From Eledone cirrhosa (lineage: Eukaryota), in assembly GCA_964016885.1 (NCBI GenBank), contig OZ024741.1, positions 410,750,001-410,814,000 on the forward strand: a stretch of 64,000 bases of DNA, written 5' to 3'. The notes below the pieces were generated by a model that saw only the letters and a list, made by a program, of their open reading frames with translations, did not search any database and had not been told where the DNA came from. The number at the start of each line of letters is the position of its first letter. Position 1 is the first letter of the stretch. Shown here piece by piece: positions 17,372 through 27,976 of the stretch. The translations under genes and the position numbers were made by a program.

Positions 17372-18000
17372 TCTGTTGACCACTGGTTACTGGTCTCTGT
17401 TGACTACAGGTCTCTGGTCTCTGTTGACCACTGGCTACTGGTCTCTGTTGACCACTGGCTACTGGTCTCTGTTGACCACAGGTCTCTGTTGACTACAGGT
17501 CTCGGGTGACCACAGGTCTCTGGTCTCTGTTGACCACAGGTCTCTGGTCTCTGTTGACCACAGGTCTCTGGTCTCTGTTGACCACAGGTCTCTGGTCTCT
17601 GTTGACCACAGGTCTCTGGTCTCTGTTGACCACAGGTCTCTGGTCTCTGTTGACCACAGGCTACTGGTCTCTGTTGACTACAGGTCTCTGGTCTCTGTTG
17701 ACCACAGGTCTCTGGTCTCTGTTGACCACAGGTCTCTGGTCTCTGTTGACCACAGGTCTCTGGTCTGTTGACCACAGGTCTCTGGTCTGTTGACCACAGG
17801 TCTCTGGTCTGTTGACCACAGGTCTCTGGTCTGTTGACCACAGGTCTCTGGTCTCTGTTGACCACTGGCTACTGGTCTGTTGACTACAGGTCTCTGGTCT
17901 CTGTTGACCACTGGCTACTGGTCTCTGTTGACTCCATGTCTCTGGTCTCTGTTGACTACAGGTCTCTGGTCTCTGTTGACCACTGGCTACTGGTCTCTGT
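17372..18000. repeat. 24-bp minisatellite (GGTCTCTGTTGACCACAGGTCTCT; 22-bp variants)
   Basis: Direct tandem repetition; gives 8-aa periodic ORFs (TTGLWSLL). Confidence 0.95.
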
Positions 18001-18085
18001 CCACTGAAGTCTTTAGTTGTTTTAACGGCTGTTCTAGCGATAGGTTCTCATGTTTATATGTACAAATGAAAATATTTGTATTTAC

Positions 18086-18178
18086 CTGATCTGGTGTTAG
18101 CTTCATATCAGTGACAGCAGTTTTAAAAAATTCTGGAGCTGGTTTACCAACAACTTCGGCCTCAATATCACAGGCACT
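18086..18178 (-). CDS. LHPP: LHPP-like HAD phosphatase, coding exon 5 (SACDIEAEVVGKPAPEFFKTAVTDMKLTPDQ)
   Basis: 93 bp, phase 0/0, acceptor TTTCCCTCAG, donor GTAAAT; contains HAD-IIA motif III GKP. Confidence 0.92.
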
Positions 18179-18759
18179 CTGAGGGAAAGGTATATTTAAC
18201 AACAACAGAGAAACAAAAACATATAAAGGATTTGTTTATAGATATATATATATATATGTAAAAGGTAAACAGAAATAACAACATAATCAGTATATGGAAG
18301 GGATATATTAGGTTAACGCTTGAAATAGCAGGAAGACGGTCTTAACGTTTTGGATGCTAGTCCTTCCTCAGAAGAAAGAATGAGAAATAAGATAGATTGA
18401 GGGGACGGGTGGGTTGGAATTGGAAAAAATGTCTTTAGATAAAAATAACAGGTCCATTCATGTTGACATCACTTTTCTCAAAGATCAAGTTGAAGCGCGA
18501 GAGTATTAGAATTCATAGAACAATGAGAAGAACTCAACGCAAGAAAAGCTGTTAAAACAGTAAAATGCCTTCAATGATGGCATCAGGTAAAATATTACCT
18601 GAAAGGACAGAAATGAGTGGCTAGAAGTGTGTTCACAGAAGTGATAGCAAGAGGAGAGCAAAGGAAGAAAATGAAGAAGACAAGATCACATAAACATCAA
18701 CTGACCTCTTCAGCTCTCATACCAGATGTAGTTTTGCATGATTTAAGTTAATGACATAC

Positions 18760-18761
<2 letters not shown>

Positions 18762-18814
<53 letters not shown>
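18762..18814. repeat. (TA)n microsatellite
   Basis: Pure TA run. Confidence 0.95.
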
Positions 18815-18816
<2 letters not shown>

Positions 18817-18953
18817 GAGAGACCTTGCTGCTAGTTGTATTACTGTGACTGTAAAGGCACAATTACTGTTTTATTGTTACAAATCTAATTCTTAGTATTT
18901 GCACCTTAAAAGATCAATATACTTTAATAAAAATACTAAAAATATTCAGTTAC

Positions 18954-19017
18954 CTCCAGTACTTTCACATAAGCCCCTGCATCAAGTACAAGTTTCCCAT
19001 TTTCTTGGTAATATTTG
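18954..19017 (-). CDS. LHPP: LHPP-like coding exon 4 ((S)KYYQENGKLVLDAGAYVKVLE)
   Basis: 64 bp, acceptor TATTTTATAG, donor GTAACT; phase 2 matches exon 3; resembles the LHPP YY...LD.G.Y.K.LE segment. Confidence 0.9.
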
Positions 19018-19371
19018 CTATAAAATACCATGGAAACAAATTGTAAGAAGAAATTAAAACTTCAAAATATGTCTTATAATACTTTTATTCCTGACTCCCC
19101 GAAACCATCCCTGGTTCTGTCAGACAAAATTGTTTATTTTAAGAACCTGTGTTATGTTCCAAACACTAACTTAATAATGAGAATGTTAGTTATATTACTT
19201 CTTTTAATCAACTGACAAGATCCCAGACCTCATTCACTTACCAAGTCAGGTGGAACAATTCAAATCAAACCAAGGGAACAATGTTTCCATTGGTCTTTCC
19301 GTTGTTGATACAATCTACCAGTCACAACCCCAAAGTTGTTGGTAAACCAGTTCTAAAATTTTTTAAGAGCA

Positions 19372-19478
19372 GTGTGAAATAAAGTGTTTTGCTCAAGAAC
19401 ATAACACATCCCCTGGTCCATGAATCAAACTCACAACCTCACAATTGCAAATCCAATCCTCTACCCACTAAGCCACAC
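19372..19478 (-). mobile_element. tRNA-derived SINE head fragment
   Basis: Minus strand has a Pol III box A-like TGGCTTAGTGG (19475-19465) and box B-like GAGTTTGATTC (19432-19422). Confidence 0.55.
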
Positions 19479-19735
19479 TGAGTGGTTAAAGAAATCTCCA
19501 ACCCGTACACAACATGGAAAAAGTCTCTTTTGTTATTAACTCGTCCAGAAATTAACACAGGTTTTATATTTCGTTTTGTTGCAACATTAACCCTTTAGCA
19601 TTTAAACCGGCCATATCCAGCCAGAATTGTCTCACCTCTTTCTGTTCAAACCAACCATAACTGGCCACTCATACTGATGTTATGGTATTGTTCTCAAAAT
19701 AAATAATATCAATATCTCATAGATTTGATATCATG

Positions 19736-20267
19736 TGTGAAAATATAATAGTATATATAGAATAATGTAAATATTATGTGAGATATTATGTGAGGTAAAG
19801 CCTTTACTGTGAAAATATAATAGTATATATAGAATAATGTAAATATTATGCGAGATATTATGTGAGGTAAAGCCTTTACTGTGAAAATATAATAGTATAT
19901 ATAGAATAATGTAAATATTATGTGAGATATTATGTGAGGTAAAGCCTTTACTGTGAAAATATAATAGTATATATAGAATAATGTAAATATTATGTGAGAT
20001 ATTATGTGAAGTAAAGCCTTTACTGTGAAAATACAATAGTATATATAGAATAATGTAAATGTTAGGTGAGATATTATGTGAGGTAAAGCCTTTACTGTGA
20101 AAATACAATAGTATATATAGAGTAATGTAAATGTTATGCGAGATATTATGTGAGGTAAAGCCTTTACTGTGAAAATACAATAGTATATATAGAGTAATGT
20201 AAATGTTATGCGAGATATTATGTGAGGTAAAGCCTTTACTGTGAAAATACAATAGTATATATAGAGT
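19736..20267. repeat. 72-bp minisatellite, left part (~7.4 copies)
   Basis: Unit TGTGAAAATACAATAGTATATATAGAGTAATGTAAATGTTATGTGAGATATTATGTGAGGTAAAGCCTTTAC at 19736, 19808, ..., 20240. Confidence 0.97.
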
Positions 20268-20273
20268 GATTTC

Positions 20274-20279
20274 TTTATT
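20274..20279 (-). promoter_or_regulatory. AATAAA polyadenylation signal at the LINE 3' end (no poly-A tail follows)
   Basis: Minus strand reads ...GGTGGCAAATAAAGAAATC then satellite sequence. Confidence 0.6.
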
Positions 20280-20490
20280 TGCCACCAGGGACAGATACAA
20301 GGGGGGAAGTTTACATATAATTAACGAGTACAAAAATATAACAATGAAATAACAACAACAAACGAAGTCCTCAATAGGGAGGGGGCATTCACATGGGTCG
20401 CACACACCCCGGAAAAAATGTGCAACCCTTCTCCTCAGGAGCACAAAGAGTAGGTGCTTCCCTCGTCTCCTCTTTTTCCTCTTCTTTCAC

Positions 20491-23400
20491 CTACAGGCTG
20501 ATATAGAGAGAAGACCCATTCACTCTGGCCATTCTCCCTACTTTCACCCACCTTTCATAAAACTTGCTGGGGTAGAACACCTCTCTCTCCATTCTGATCC
20601 TTCTTTTAAAATGGTATTTGAAAAAGGGGACCAGTTGTTGGCCGGAGAGAAAGGTGTCTGACCTCAGCCCTTTCAGCCTCGTCCACCATACAACTTCTTT
20701 AGCCATGGCTATCACACAGAGAAAAGCCGCCTCTCCTTCGTTTTTGAAAGGAGGAGGCGGTTTGATCGTGACAATGGACTCGGTGGTCAACCGGATTGGT
20801 GCCACCCTCGACAGTAGTCGTTCCACATAGCCCCACAGGTCAGCAATGCCTGGGCAGTGTACGAATGCGTGCGCAATGGTTTCGTCGTCATGCACGCATC
20901 TCGGACAGATCTTATTCAAAGGATCCCTAGCCAGGCTCCCATGCCTGTGGAGCTTGTCTCGAACGGGTAGAGCCCCTCGGTAGCACTGCCAAGCCAGGGA
21001 CTTTTGGAAGTTGTCCATCGGTCCAGGGCCAAACGTCCTACCGAACAGACAGGCCAGTTCATCTTCCTCCATGTCTAGAGCTTCTCCGAGAGCATCGTCG
21101 CACCTGCTGCGTACCACCCCTCTATAGAATGTCGAGGTGGAGTCTCCACTGATTGCCGGGTCCGCTTTCCAGAGGGCCGTGAGCGCCTGGGCACATTCAA
21201 TGTGCCAGTCGCCCACTTTTCTCGGTCTTTGCTTGACCCAGGATTGCAGCTCGGTGAGCGAGACGAGTCTGGGAAAGGCTCACCTCACAAACGGGGCTCA
21301 CACCGGTTGACCGGTGAGGAATACCTGGAGGTGCCGTAGCCTTAATGCGTGTTTACGCATCTGTAGCCACAGCATCCCCAGCCCTCCTTTCGAAGGGTGT
21401 TGACAGCAGATGGATCTCCTCACCAAAGGGGTCCGCTTGTTCCAAAGAAATTGGAACAGCGCGCACTCCATTTTGGCGAGACTTTTCACTGGGCAAGGCA
21501 CGACGGTCAAGCGGTAGTAGATGACGGATGCTATATAAGTATTCGCCACCTCCGCTCGACCTTTCAGGGATAGTTTGCACTGGGCCCACTTCTGGGTGAG
21601 TGCAAACACCCTGGCCGTTACCTCGTTCCAGTTTTTCTCCACCTGGAGGTCTGGTCCGAACCAGACCCCAAGCAGCTTCACCGGGCCCTCCGTCCAGCGT
21701 CCAACGACGTCGTTGGAGGGCATCGGTTTGCCTCTCCATGTTCCGAGTTGCAAACTGACGGACTTGTCCCGGTTCAGCTTGGCTCCTGTAAACCTTTCAT
21801 ATTCCTCCAGTAAGGTGCCGATCTCACCGATTTGCGAGGTTTTCGACACCATTACTGTCACGTCATCGGCGTAGGCCGACGCCGCTTTCTGCAATCCCGG
21901 TTCCAAAGGGATGCCCTGCAACCGCTCCAACTTCCGCAGTAGTGGCTCAAGAGCCAGCACATACAGAAGGGAGGAGAGAGGGCATCCCTGTCGGATGGAT
22001 CGCATGATTTGGAACGGCTCCGAGAGGTGGCCGTTCACCTTGATCCTTGAGCAGACGTTGCTGCTGTGCATCGCAGCAATCCAACCCCTGAAAACGGGTC
22101 CGAAGCCTGCTGCCGCGAGCACCGCATCCAGGTAACGATGGTCAACCCTATCGACAGCTTTAGATTGATCCAAGTTGATCAGGGCCCCACCAAAGCCGGG
22201 TTCATTCCCTACCCTCTCTATGATGTATCGCATAAGGTGGAGATTGTCGTGAATGGACCTGGACGGGATTGCGCATGTCTGCGCTTCTCCCACCAGGTTT
22301 CCGACGACAAGCGCCAACCTCTTCGCTAACACCTTGGCCAAAATCTTTAACTCTGTATTTAGCAGAGTTATGGGCCTGAAGTTATTTATGTCATCCCCCT
22401 TGTTCTCATCCTTCCTCACCAGCGTAACTACGCCCTTGGTCACAGAACTGGGAATTCTCCCGTTCTGCTGCCAGTTGCAGTAGACCGCTTCGAGGATATC
22501 GGAGAACAAGTCCGGCATCGCTACATATAGCTCGTATGGTAGACCATCGAGACCCGGGGATTTGCGTTTGCCGCATTGGCTCAGCGCCGCCACTATCTCA
22601 GCAGCTGAAATCGGCCTTTCGCAGGACTTCGCCTCCGCGTCCGAGAGGCGTGGCAGACCGTCGAGGTATGGATTGAAATCCATAGTCTCACCCGGCGCGC
22701 CGCCCCTCTCGAACAGTCGTGCAAAGTGCCGCTGAAAGGCCGCACACATCTGCCCAGGTTCAAGGATCACACGCCCATCCTGGTCCTTCAAAGACCGAAT
22801 CGTGGACTTGTTCCCACTTTTTGCCTCTGTCACTCGGGCCCAGCTCACAGCTTTGGCTCCCTCATTACCCAGAGCACGTATTTTACTTCTGACGACGCAG
22901 CCTTCATGCTTCACCTCAAAGAACTGGTCTAAGCCAATTCTTGATGCCAGCACGCCGGCTACATTGCCACTCCTAATCGCCTCTTCTACTCTATCTACTA
23001 ATTCCCTTTCCGTCTTGTTCCTATCCCTTGCTAATTCCTGACTAAAACCTATCGATTCTATTCTAATTGTTCTCTTAAGAGAGCTCCACCACCTGTTGTT
23101 GACAATTGCCCCTGTCAAACTCTGCTTAACTAACGTGCTAATCCGTTTACTGTAAGCTTTGCTAACGTGCTAATCCGTTTACTGTAAGCTTTGCTTGTCG
23201 GTAAGGACAAGTTCAGCTTCCAGTAACCGGGTCCCTGTCTATGGGTTCTATCAAGGTTGGCTATGCAGGTCACTAACTTGTGATCCGAATAGTCAACCAT
23301 GAACATTTTTGGACAGCTAAATGTGTCCCTATCCTTCTCTCTAACTAGGACCCTATCTAGGTACGACCTAGATGTTCCGCTGTGATTGGTCCACGTCCAT

Positions 23401-23960
23401 AGTGGTACAGTCGGAAAATCTAGTCGATATCTATCGGCCAGGTCAAATCGGCCGATTAACCTTTTGAGGCTTTTACACCCCCCTCTATTGGCACATGCCC
23501 CTACATAGTCCCAACGTGCATCCAGGATACCATTCCAGTCCCCCACTAAAAGCAAGGAGCGGGACGTTCCCAGAAAAGTTTCCAGACGTTGGAAGTATTC
23601 CGGCCGCGCTGCCCAAAAAGGGGCGTACACAGCTATTAGTCTAAGGGCTCCACTTTCACTACTGCCAACGTCTAAAACCACCAGTCGACCCTCCGGGTCC
23701 AGGTGCACCTTCTGTATGGCGAGGCCCAGGTGTTTTCGCAGCAGAACGACAACTCCACCCCCACCCCCCGGTTGACAGAGAGATGCGAAGATCTCAAAGT
23801 CGTCAAAGAGGGGCGCCAGTTGGTGCTCGCTGCTGATCCTGGACTCGCAAATAGCCATTACATCCATTCTATGCGACCTGAGATCGTTTAAAAGTTTGCC
23901 TTGTTTCCAAGACAGTCCCAGGCCGCGTACATTCAGACACCCAACTTTTATATCAGCCAT
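20491..23960 (-). pseudogene. LINE ORF2 (APE endonuclease + reverse transcriptase + zinc-binding domain), disrupted; about 1145 aa after repair
   Basis: EN motifs NVRGL, YAP, GDWN, LDR, SDH; RT PGLDGLP, RPITLLN, QGCPLS, YADD; CPRC...H...C. Lesions: 32-bp tandem duplication (23130-23161/23162-23193) and in-frame TGA at 21298-21300 and 21280-21282. Confidence 0.93.
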
Positions 23961-25714
23961 GTTGGTTAAAAGAGGAAGGACCTACCTGTTCGGCTCCTGA
24001 GGAGCAGGTTGCACAATATCCATGGGCGTATTGGAGGGGTTGTTTGGTGGGGTGTTTTTCTGTGGTGGAGTGGGGGGTGTTTGGTGAGGTGTGGGTGGGG
24101 AAACGTTTCAAGAGGACGCGGTTATAGGGTCGAGTACATGTTTTCCCCACGTCCTCAGGAAAGTTCTCTCTTAGTTTTGCATAGGTGTCCATTGGGAGTC
24201 TTATCATTTTTAAATGCGGTTTGTTGGCCGCGCTTGCAAAGAATTGCCCTTCAGTTTCCACCGAAGGGTCTTTGTGTATTGTTTTTACTAGTTCTTTGTT
24301 ATTTGTGTTAATGTATGTATACTGTTTTATTTGTGTTGTGTTTGTTTGTTGTTCTTGTGTGTGCTTACGTTTTGTTGTATGTGTTATGTTTTGGGGTGGG
24401 GCGGATTTTGTTTGTACTGTTTGTTTTGTTTTTGTTGGTGGTTGTGTGTTTGTTTCGTTTATGTTCGAGTGGTGCTTTCTTTTTTTCCTTTTTACAGGTT
24501 GGAAGGGTTCCCCCTCTTCGTCACTAGGTGCCGTTTCCGCTGGGTCCTCATCCGTGCTGTCGGGTAGTGGTGTATTTTGGGGTTTTGTTGTATTTGTGTG
24601 TGTTTTGGGAGTTGTTTTGGGTGGGGCCGTGTCTTGTGTTATTTTTCCGTGTTGTTTTTGTTGTTGTTGTGGTGGTGGTGGTGGTGGAGGTGGTGGTGGT
24701 GGTGGTGTGTGGGGTGTAGGCAAAAGAGCCTTTTTTTTTTGTCAATTGAGGACAGGCAGCCCTTAGATGACCCCTGCTTGAACAGTAGTAACATATGGGC
24801 CTCCTACCCTCGGCTGAAATGTATATAAATGTTTCTTCATCGAGGGACACCCTCTGTGGTATTCTAGCTATTCGTTCTGGTCTCATTTGGACCAGAACCT
24901 CCACGCTCAAACCGCCGAAAACGTCTGTGGTGACTTCTCCTACTGAGAGGATTCCGTCCTCGTCTTCTAAAAATCCTGTTAGTACCCAGGAAATGCATGC
25001 ATTTGGCCGGATTCCGGAGACTTTTATTTTCTGCGTTCTTTTCCCTAAATATGTGGGGGAAAATGTGTGTAGCTTGGAAACAATTGGCGCCACAGAGTAT
25101 TTCCTGGCTGTCAATTGATCCTTCATTAGCACCGTTATATTCCCATAGAGTGGCCCTTTTTGTATGAACGATATATCACTCCACACATTTTTTAGGACCA
25201 GCTCAATTTCTTTTTGGGATAATTGAGCTGGTTTCCTTGTTATGTTGGAAATTGTTCTGAAAGATATCGTTCTTAGTGTCGTGTCTCTTTCGATTTCTTG
25301 TGGGGAGGTGATTGTGAAGTCTCCTCCTTCTTTGAAAGTTACATACTGTTTTGCTTCCTTCATCTTTTCTCTCAGAGTTGTGATGTCCAGTTGCTTGCAG
25401 GTCTGTGTTTTCCGGACCGCCTGTGCAAAGGAGGCACCAGTAGTGGGTTCGCTTTGTTTGGTGTTCTCGTTATTTTTTCCTTGGTTGGTGTTGTGACTAT
25501 TGCTGTTATTGTCATTGTTGTTTTTGTCTGCGTTTATGTGACTTTCTGGGTTTTCATCCATTTTTACAAATTTTTCTTTTAATTCCGTGTTCCATGTTTC
25601 TTTTGCAGGAGTGAGGAGGGAAGACTTAGAGCCTTGTGCTTCTAGCTTCTCTGTATCACCTTTCTTAGGGGGCGTGGCTTTCTCGTTAGGATGAGATGTG
25701 AAAATTCCGTCCAT
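23953..25714 (-). pseudogene. LINE ORF1 (gag-like nucleic-acid-binding protein), one frameshift; about 586 aa after repair
   Basis: First ATG at 25714; CYYCSSRGHLRAAC knuckle; removing one base from the T10 run at 24731-24740 joins it to the Pro/Gln/Thr-rich frame with KRKKRK, ending at TGA 23953-23955, which overlaps the ORF2 ATG. Confidence 0.85.
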
Positions 25715-25924
25715 TTCTATTAGTTTGCCGTAATAAATTTTTAACTGGAAAATTCGCCCCAAAAAGGGGCGAAAATAAATAAACTCAAAGTTTGACGACC
25801 AAGGCAAGGGGTTAACGTATATTACAGTATAAAAAAATTAATCAAAACTCACTTTTGAGTAAGTAAATCCAACTCGGTAGCCGAGCTTGTTCATACACGT
25901 CAACACACGTCTCTCGTATACGAG

Positions 25925-26788
25925 ATGTTATGTGAGATATTATGTGAGGTAAAGCCTTTACTGTGAAAATACAATAGTATATATAGAGTAATGTAAATGT
26001 TATGTGAGATATTATGTGAGGTAAAGCCTTTACTGTGAAAATACAATAGTATATATAGAGTAATGTAAATGTTATGTGAGATATTATGTGAGGTAAAGCC
26101 TTTACTGTGAAAATACAATAGTATATATAGAGTAATGTAAATGTTATGTGAGATATTATGTGAGGTAAAGCCTTTACTGTGAAAATACAATAGTATATAT
26201 AGAGTAATGTAAATGTTAGGTGAGATATTATGTGAGGTAAAGCCTTTACTGTGAAAATACAATAGTTATATAGAGTAATGTAAATGTTATGTGAAATATT
26301 ATGTGGGGTAAAGACTTTACTGTGAAAATACAATAGTTTATATAGAGTAATGTAAATGTTATGTGAGATATTATGTGGGGTAAAGACTTTACTGTGAAAA
26401 TACAATAGTATATATAGAGTAATGTAAATGTTATGTGAGATATTATGTGAGGTAAAGCCTTTACTGTGAAAATACAATAGTATATATAGAGTAATGTAAA
26501 TGTTATGTGAGATATTATGTGAGGTAAAGCCTTTACTGTGAAAATACAATAGTTATATAGAGTAATGTAAATGTTATGTGAAATATTATGTGGGGTAAAG
26601 ACTTTACTGTGAAAATACAATAGTTTATATAGAGTAATGTAAATGTTATGTGAGGTATTATGTGGGGTAAAGACTTTACTGTGAAAATACAATAGTATAT
26701 ATAGAGTAATGTAAATGTTATGTGAGATATTATGTGAGGTAAAGCCTTTACTGTGAAAATACAATAGTATATATAGAGTAATGTAAAT
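25925..26788. repeat. 72-bp minisatellite, right part (~12 copies), running into the right TIR
   Basis: Same unit as 19736-20267; the last unit ...GAGTAATGTAAAT continues into ACTAAAGGGTTAA. Confidence 0.97.
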
Positions 26789-26939
26789 ACTAAAGGGTTA
26801 AACAATAAAACCTCACAAAAGGTGTTTAACATTATATTTCATTTTACAACTTCTTCTGTTATCTTTCTTTCCATGTAATCTAATTTTGTTTGTTTTTTTA
26901 ATTTTCAGATCTTTAAATTTAAGTTGTCAAACTTGATTT

Positions 26940-27330
26940 TCACCAAATTTATTCCTATAAGGTAGAAGTTTAAACTCGACCACAGTGCAACAGAACAGCT
27001 GGAAACATCAATGAAGTTTGGGGTGAAAGAAGTGTTAAGGAATACACTGTGCTACGTGGGTTTCAGAAATTCCATCATGGTAAATTCACTCTTGAAGATA
27101 AGGAAGCTCACAGACGTCCTTCTATTAATGGAGACATATTGAAGACTTTGATGGAGGCAAACCCTGGCACAACAGGTCAAAACTTGCAAGAGAGTTAGAT
27201 ATAAGAATTGGAACAATTTCGGAACATGTGAACCAAATTCATTGCTTCTTCAACTTTAGAATTCAATGTTACCAAAATACATAAACGTGTATCTTGTTGG
27301 CAAAAATGTGTAGATTCTTGTGGGTTTGAT
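26940..27330 (+). mobile_element. Degraded, internally deleted mariner transposase remnant
   Basis: Frameshifted translation includes AGNINEVWGERSVKEYTVLRGFQKFHHGKFTLEDKEAHRRPS...LKTLMEANP (mariner HTH region) and the C-terminal WQKCVDS. Confidence 0.7.
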
Positions 27331-27406
27331 CAATAGTGTTTATTCTGACCTGAGATATGTTGAGTTAATGTTTATGAACCTGGATTAATTTCTGAACAAC
27401 ACGATA

Positions 27407-27600
27407 TACAAGGGGGATTAGGAAGTTTTGGGACTTCTTCAGAAGAGACATTTATTAATTTCAAAGAAGTACAACACTCTAATCTCTTTCTAAGTAGGAT
27501 CCTCTGTCTTCAATGGACTTGTTGTGCTCCAACCACTTCATGAAGGCACCATGGAAGTCCTTTATAGTGAAGATGTCCAGGATCTTTCTCATAGTCTTCT
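27407..27600 (-). mobile_element. 3' end of a second mariner-like element
   Basis: Minus translation DFHGAFMKWLEHNKSIEDRGSYLE resembles the mariner C-terminal W..R..KC....G.Y.E motif; TA-CAAGGGGG end at 27407. Confidence 0.5.
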
Positions 27601-27603
27601 TAA

Positions 27604-27892
27604 TGATGTTGTTGTTGTTGTTGGGGGTAGTGGTGGTGTTGTTGGTGGTGGGGATGGTGGTGTTGGTGGTAGTGGTGTTGGTGGTAGTGGGGATGGTGGT
27701 GTTGGTGGTGATGGTGGTGGTGTTGATGGTGGTAGTGGTGGTGTTGTTGGTGGTAGTGGTGGTGTTGTTGGTGGTAGTGGTGGTGTTGTTGGTGGTGGGG
27801 ATGGTGGTGTTGGTGGTAGTGGTGGTGTTGATGGTGGTAGTGGTGTTGTTGTTGGTGTTGTTGTTGGTGTTGTTGTTGGTGGTGTTGTTGGT
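27604..27892. repeat. Compound trinucleotide microsatellite (GGT/TGT/GAT)n
   Basis: Continuous G/T-rich triplets. Confidence 0.93.
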
Positions 27893-27976
27893 CGTGAGGA
27901 AGAACAATAAAATAGTTATACATCAAAAAGAAAAGATAATTTGTAATAAGAGATTGCCAACTAAAGCAATATTTAC

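Larger units (their letters stand above)
20268..25924 (-). mobile_element. Full-length non-LTR retrotransposon, L1 group, Tx1 clade (5'UTR-ORF1-ORF2-3'UTR), ~5.66 kb
   Basis: ORF1 with CCHC knuckle; ORF2 with APE endonuclease, RT (QGCPLS, YADD) and zf-RVT-like C terminus; GPGYWKLN linker typical of Tx1; sharp junctions with the 72-bp array on both sides. Confidence 0.93.
19591..26797. mobile_element. Non-autonomous TTAA-specific (piggyBac-type) element with 14-bp TIRs, carrying an internal 72-bp tandem array and a LINE insertion
   Basis: TTAA(19587-19590)-CCCTTTAGCATTTA ... TAAATACTAAAGGG-TTAA(26798-26801); TIRs 13/14 identical; CCC...GGG ends with TTAA duplication are the piggyBac signature. 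Confidence 0.75.

Noticed and set aside
19731-20444. 237-aa ORF with 24-aa repeats, and similar ORFs at 25842-26832
   Set aside because: Read-through of the LINE 3'UTR and the 72-bp minisatellite; no independent coding signal.
21280-21300. Selenocysteine or stop readthrough at two in-frame TGA codons
   Set aside because: Single transitions from TGG and CGA explain them, and the element has other inactivating lesions.
24731-24740. Programmed frameshift in ORF1
   Set aside because: A single extra base in a homopolymer of an otherwise disrupted copy is better explained by slippage or sequencing error.
20618-25582. Plus-strand ORFs overlapping the LINE
   Set aside because: Antisense shadows of ORF1/ORF2 with no recognisable motifs.
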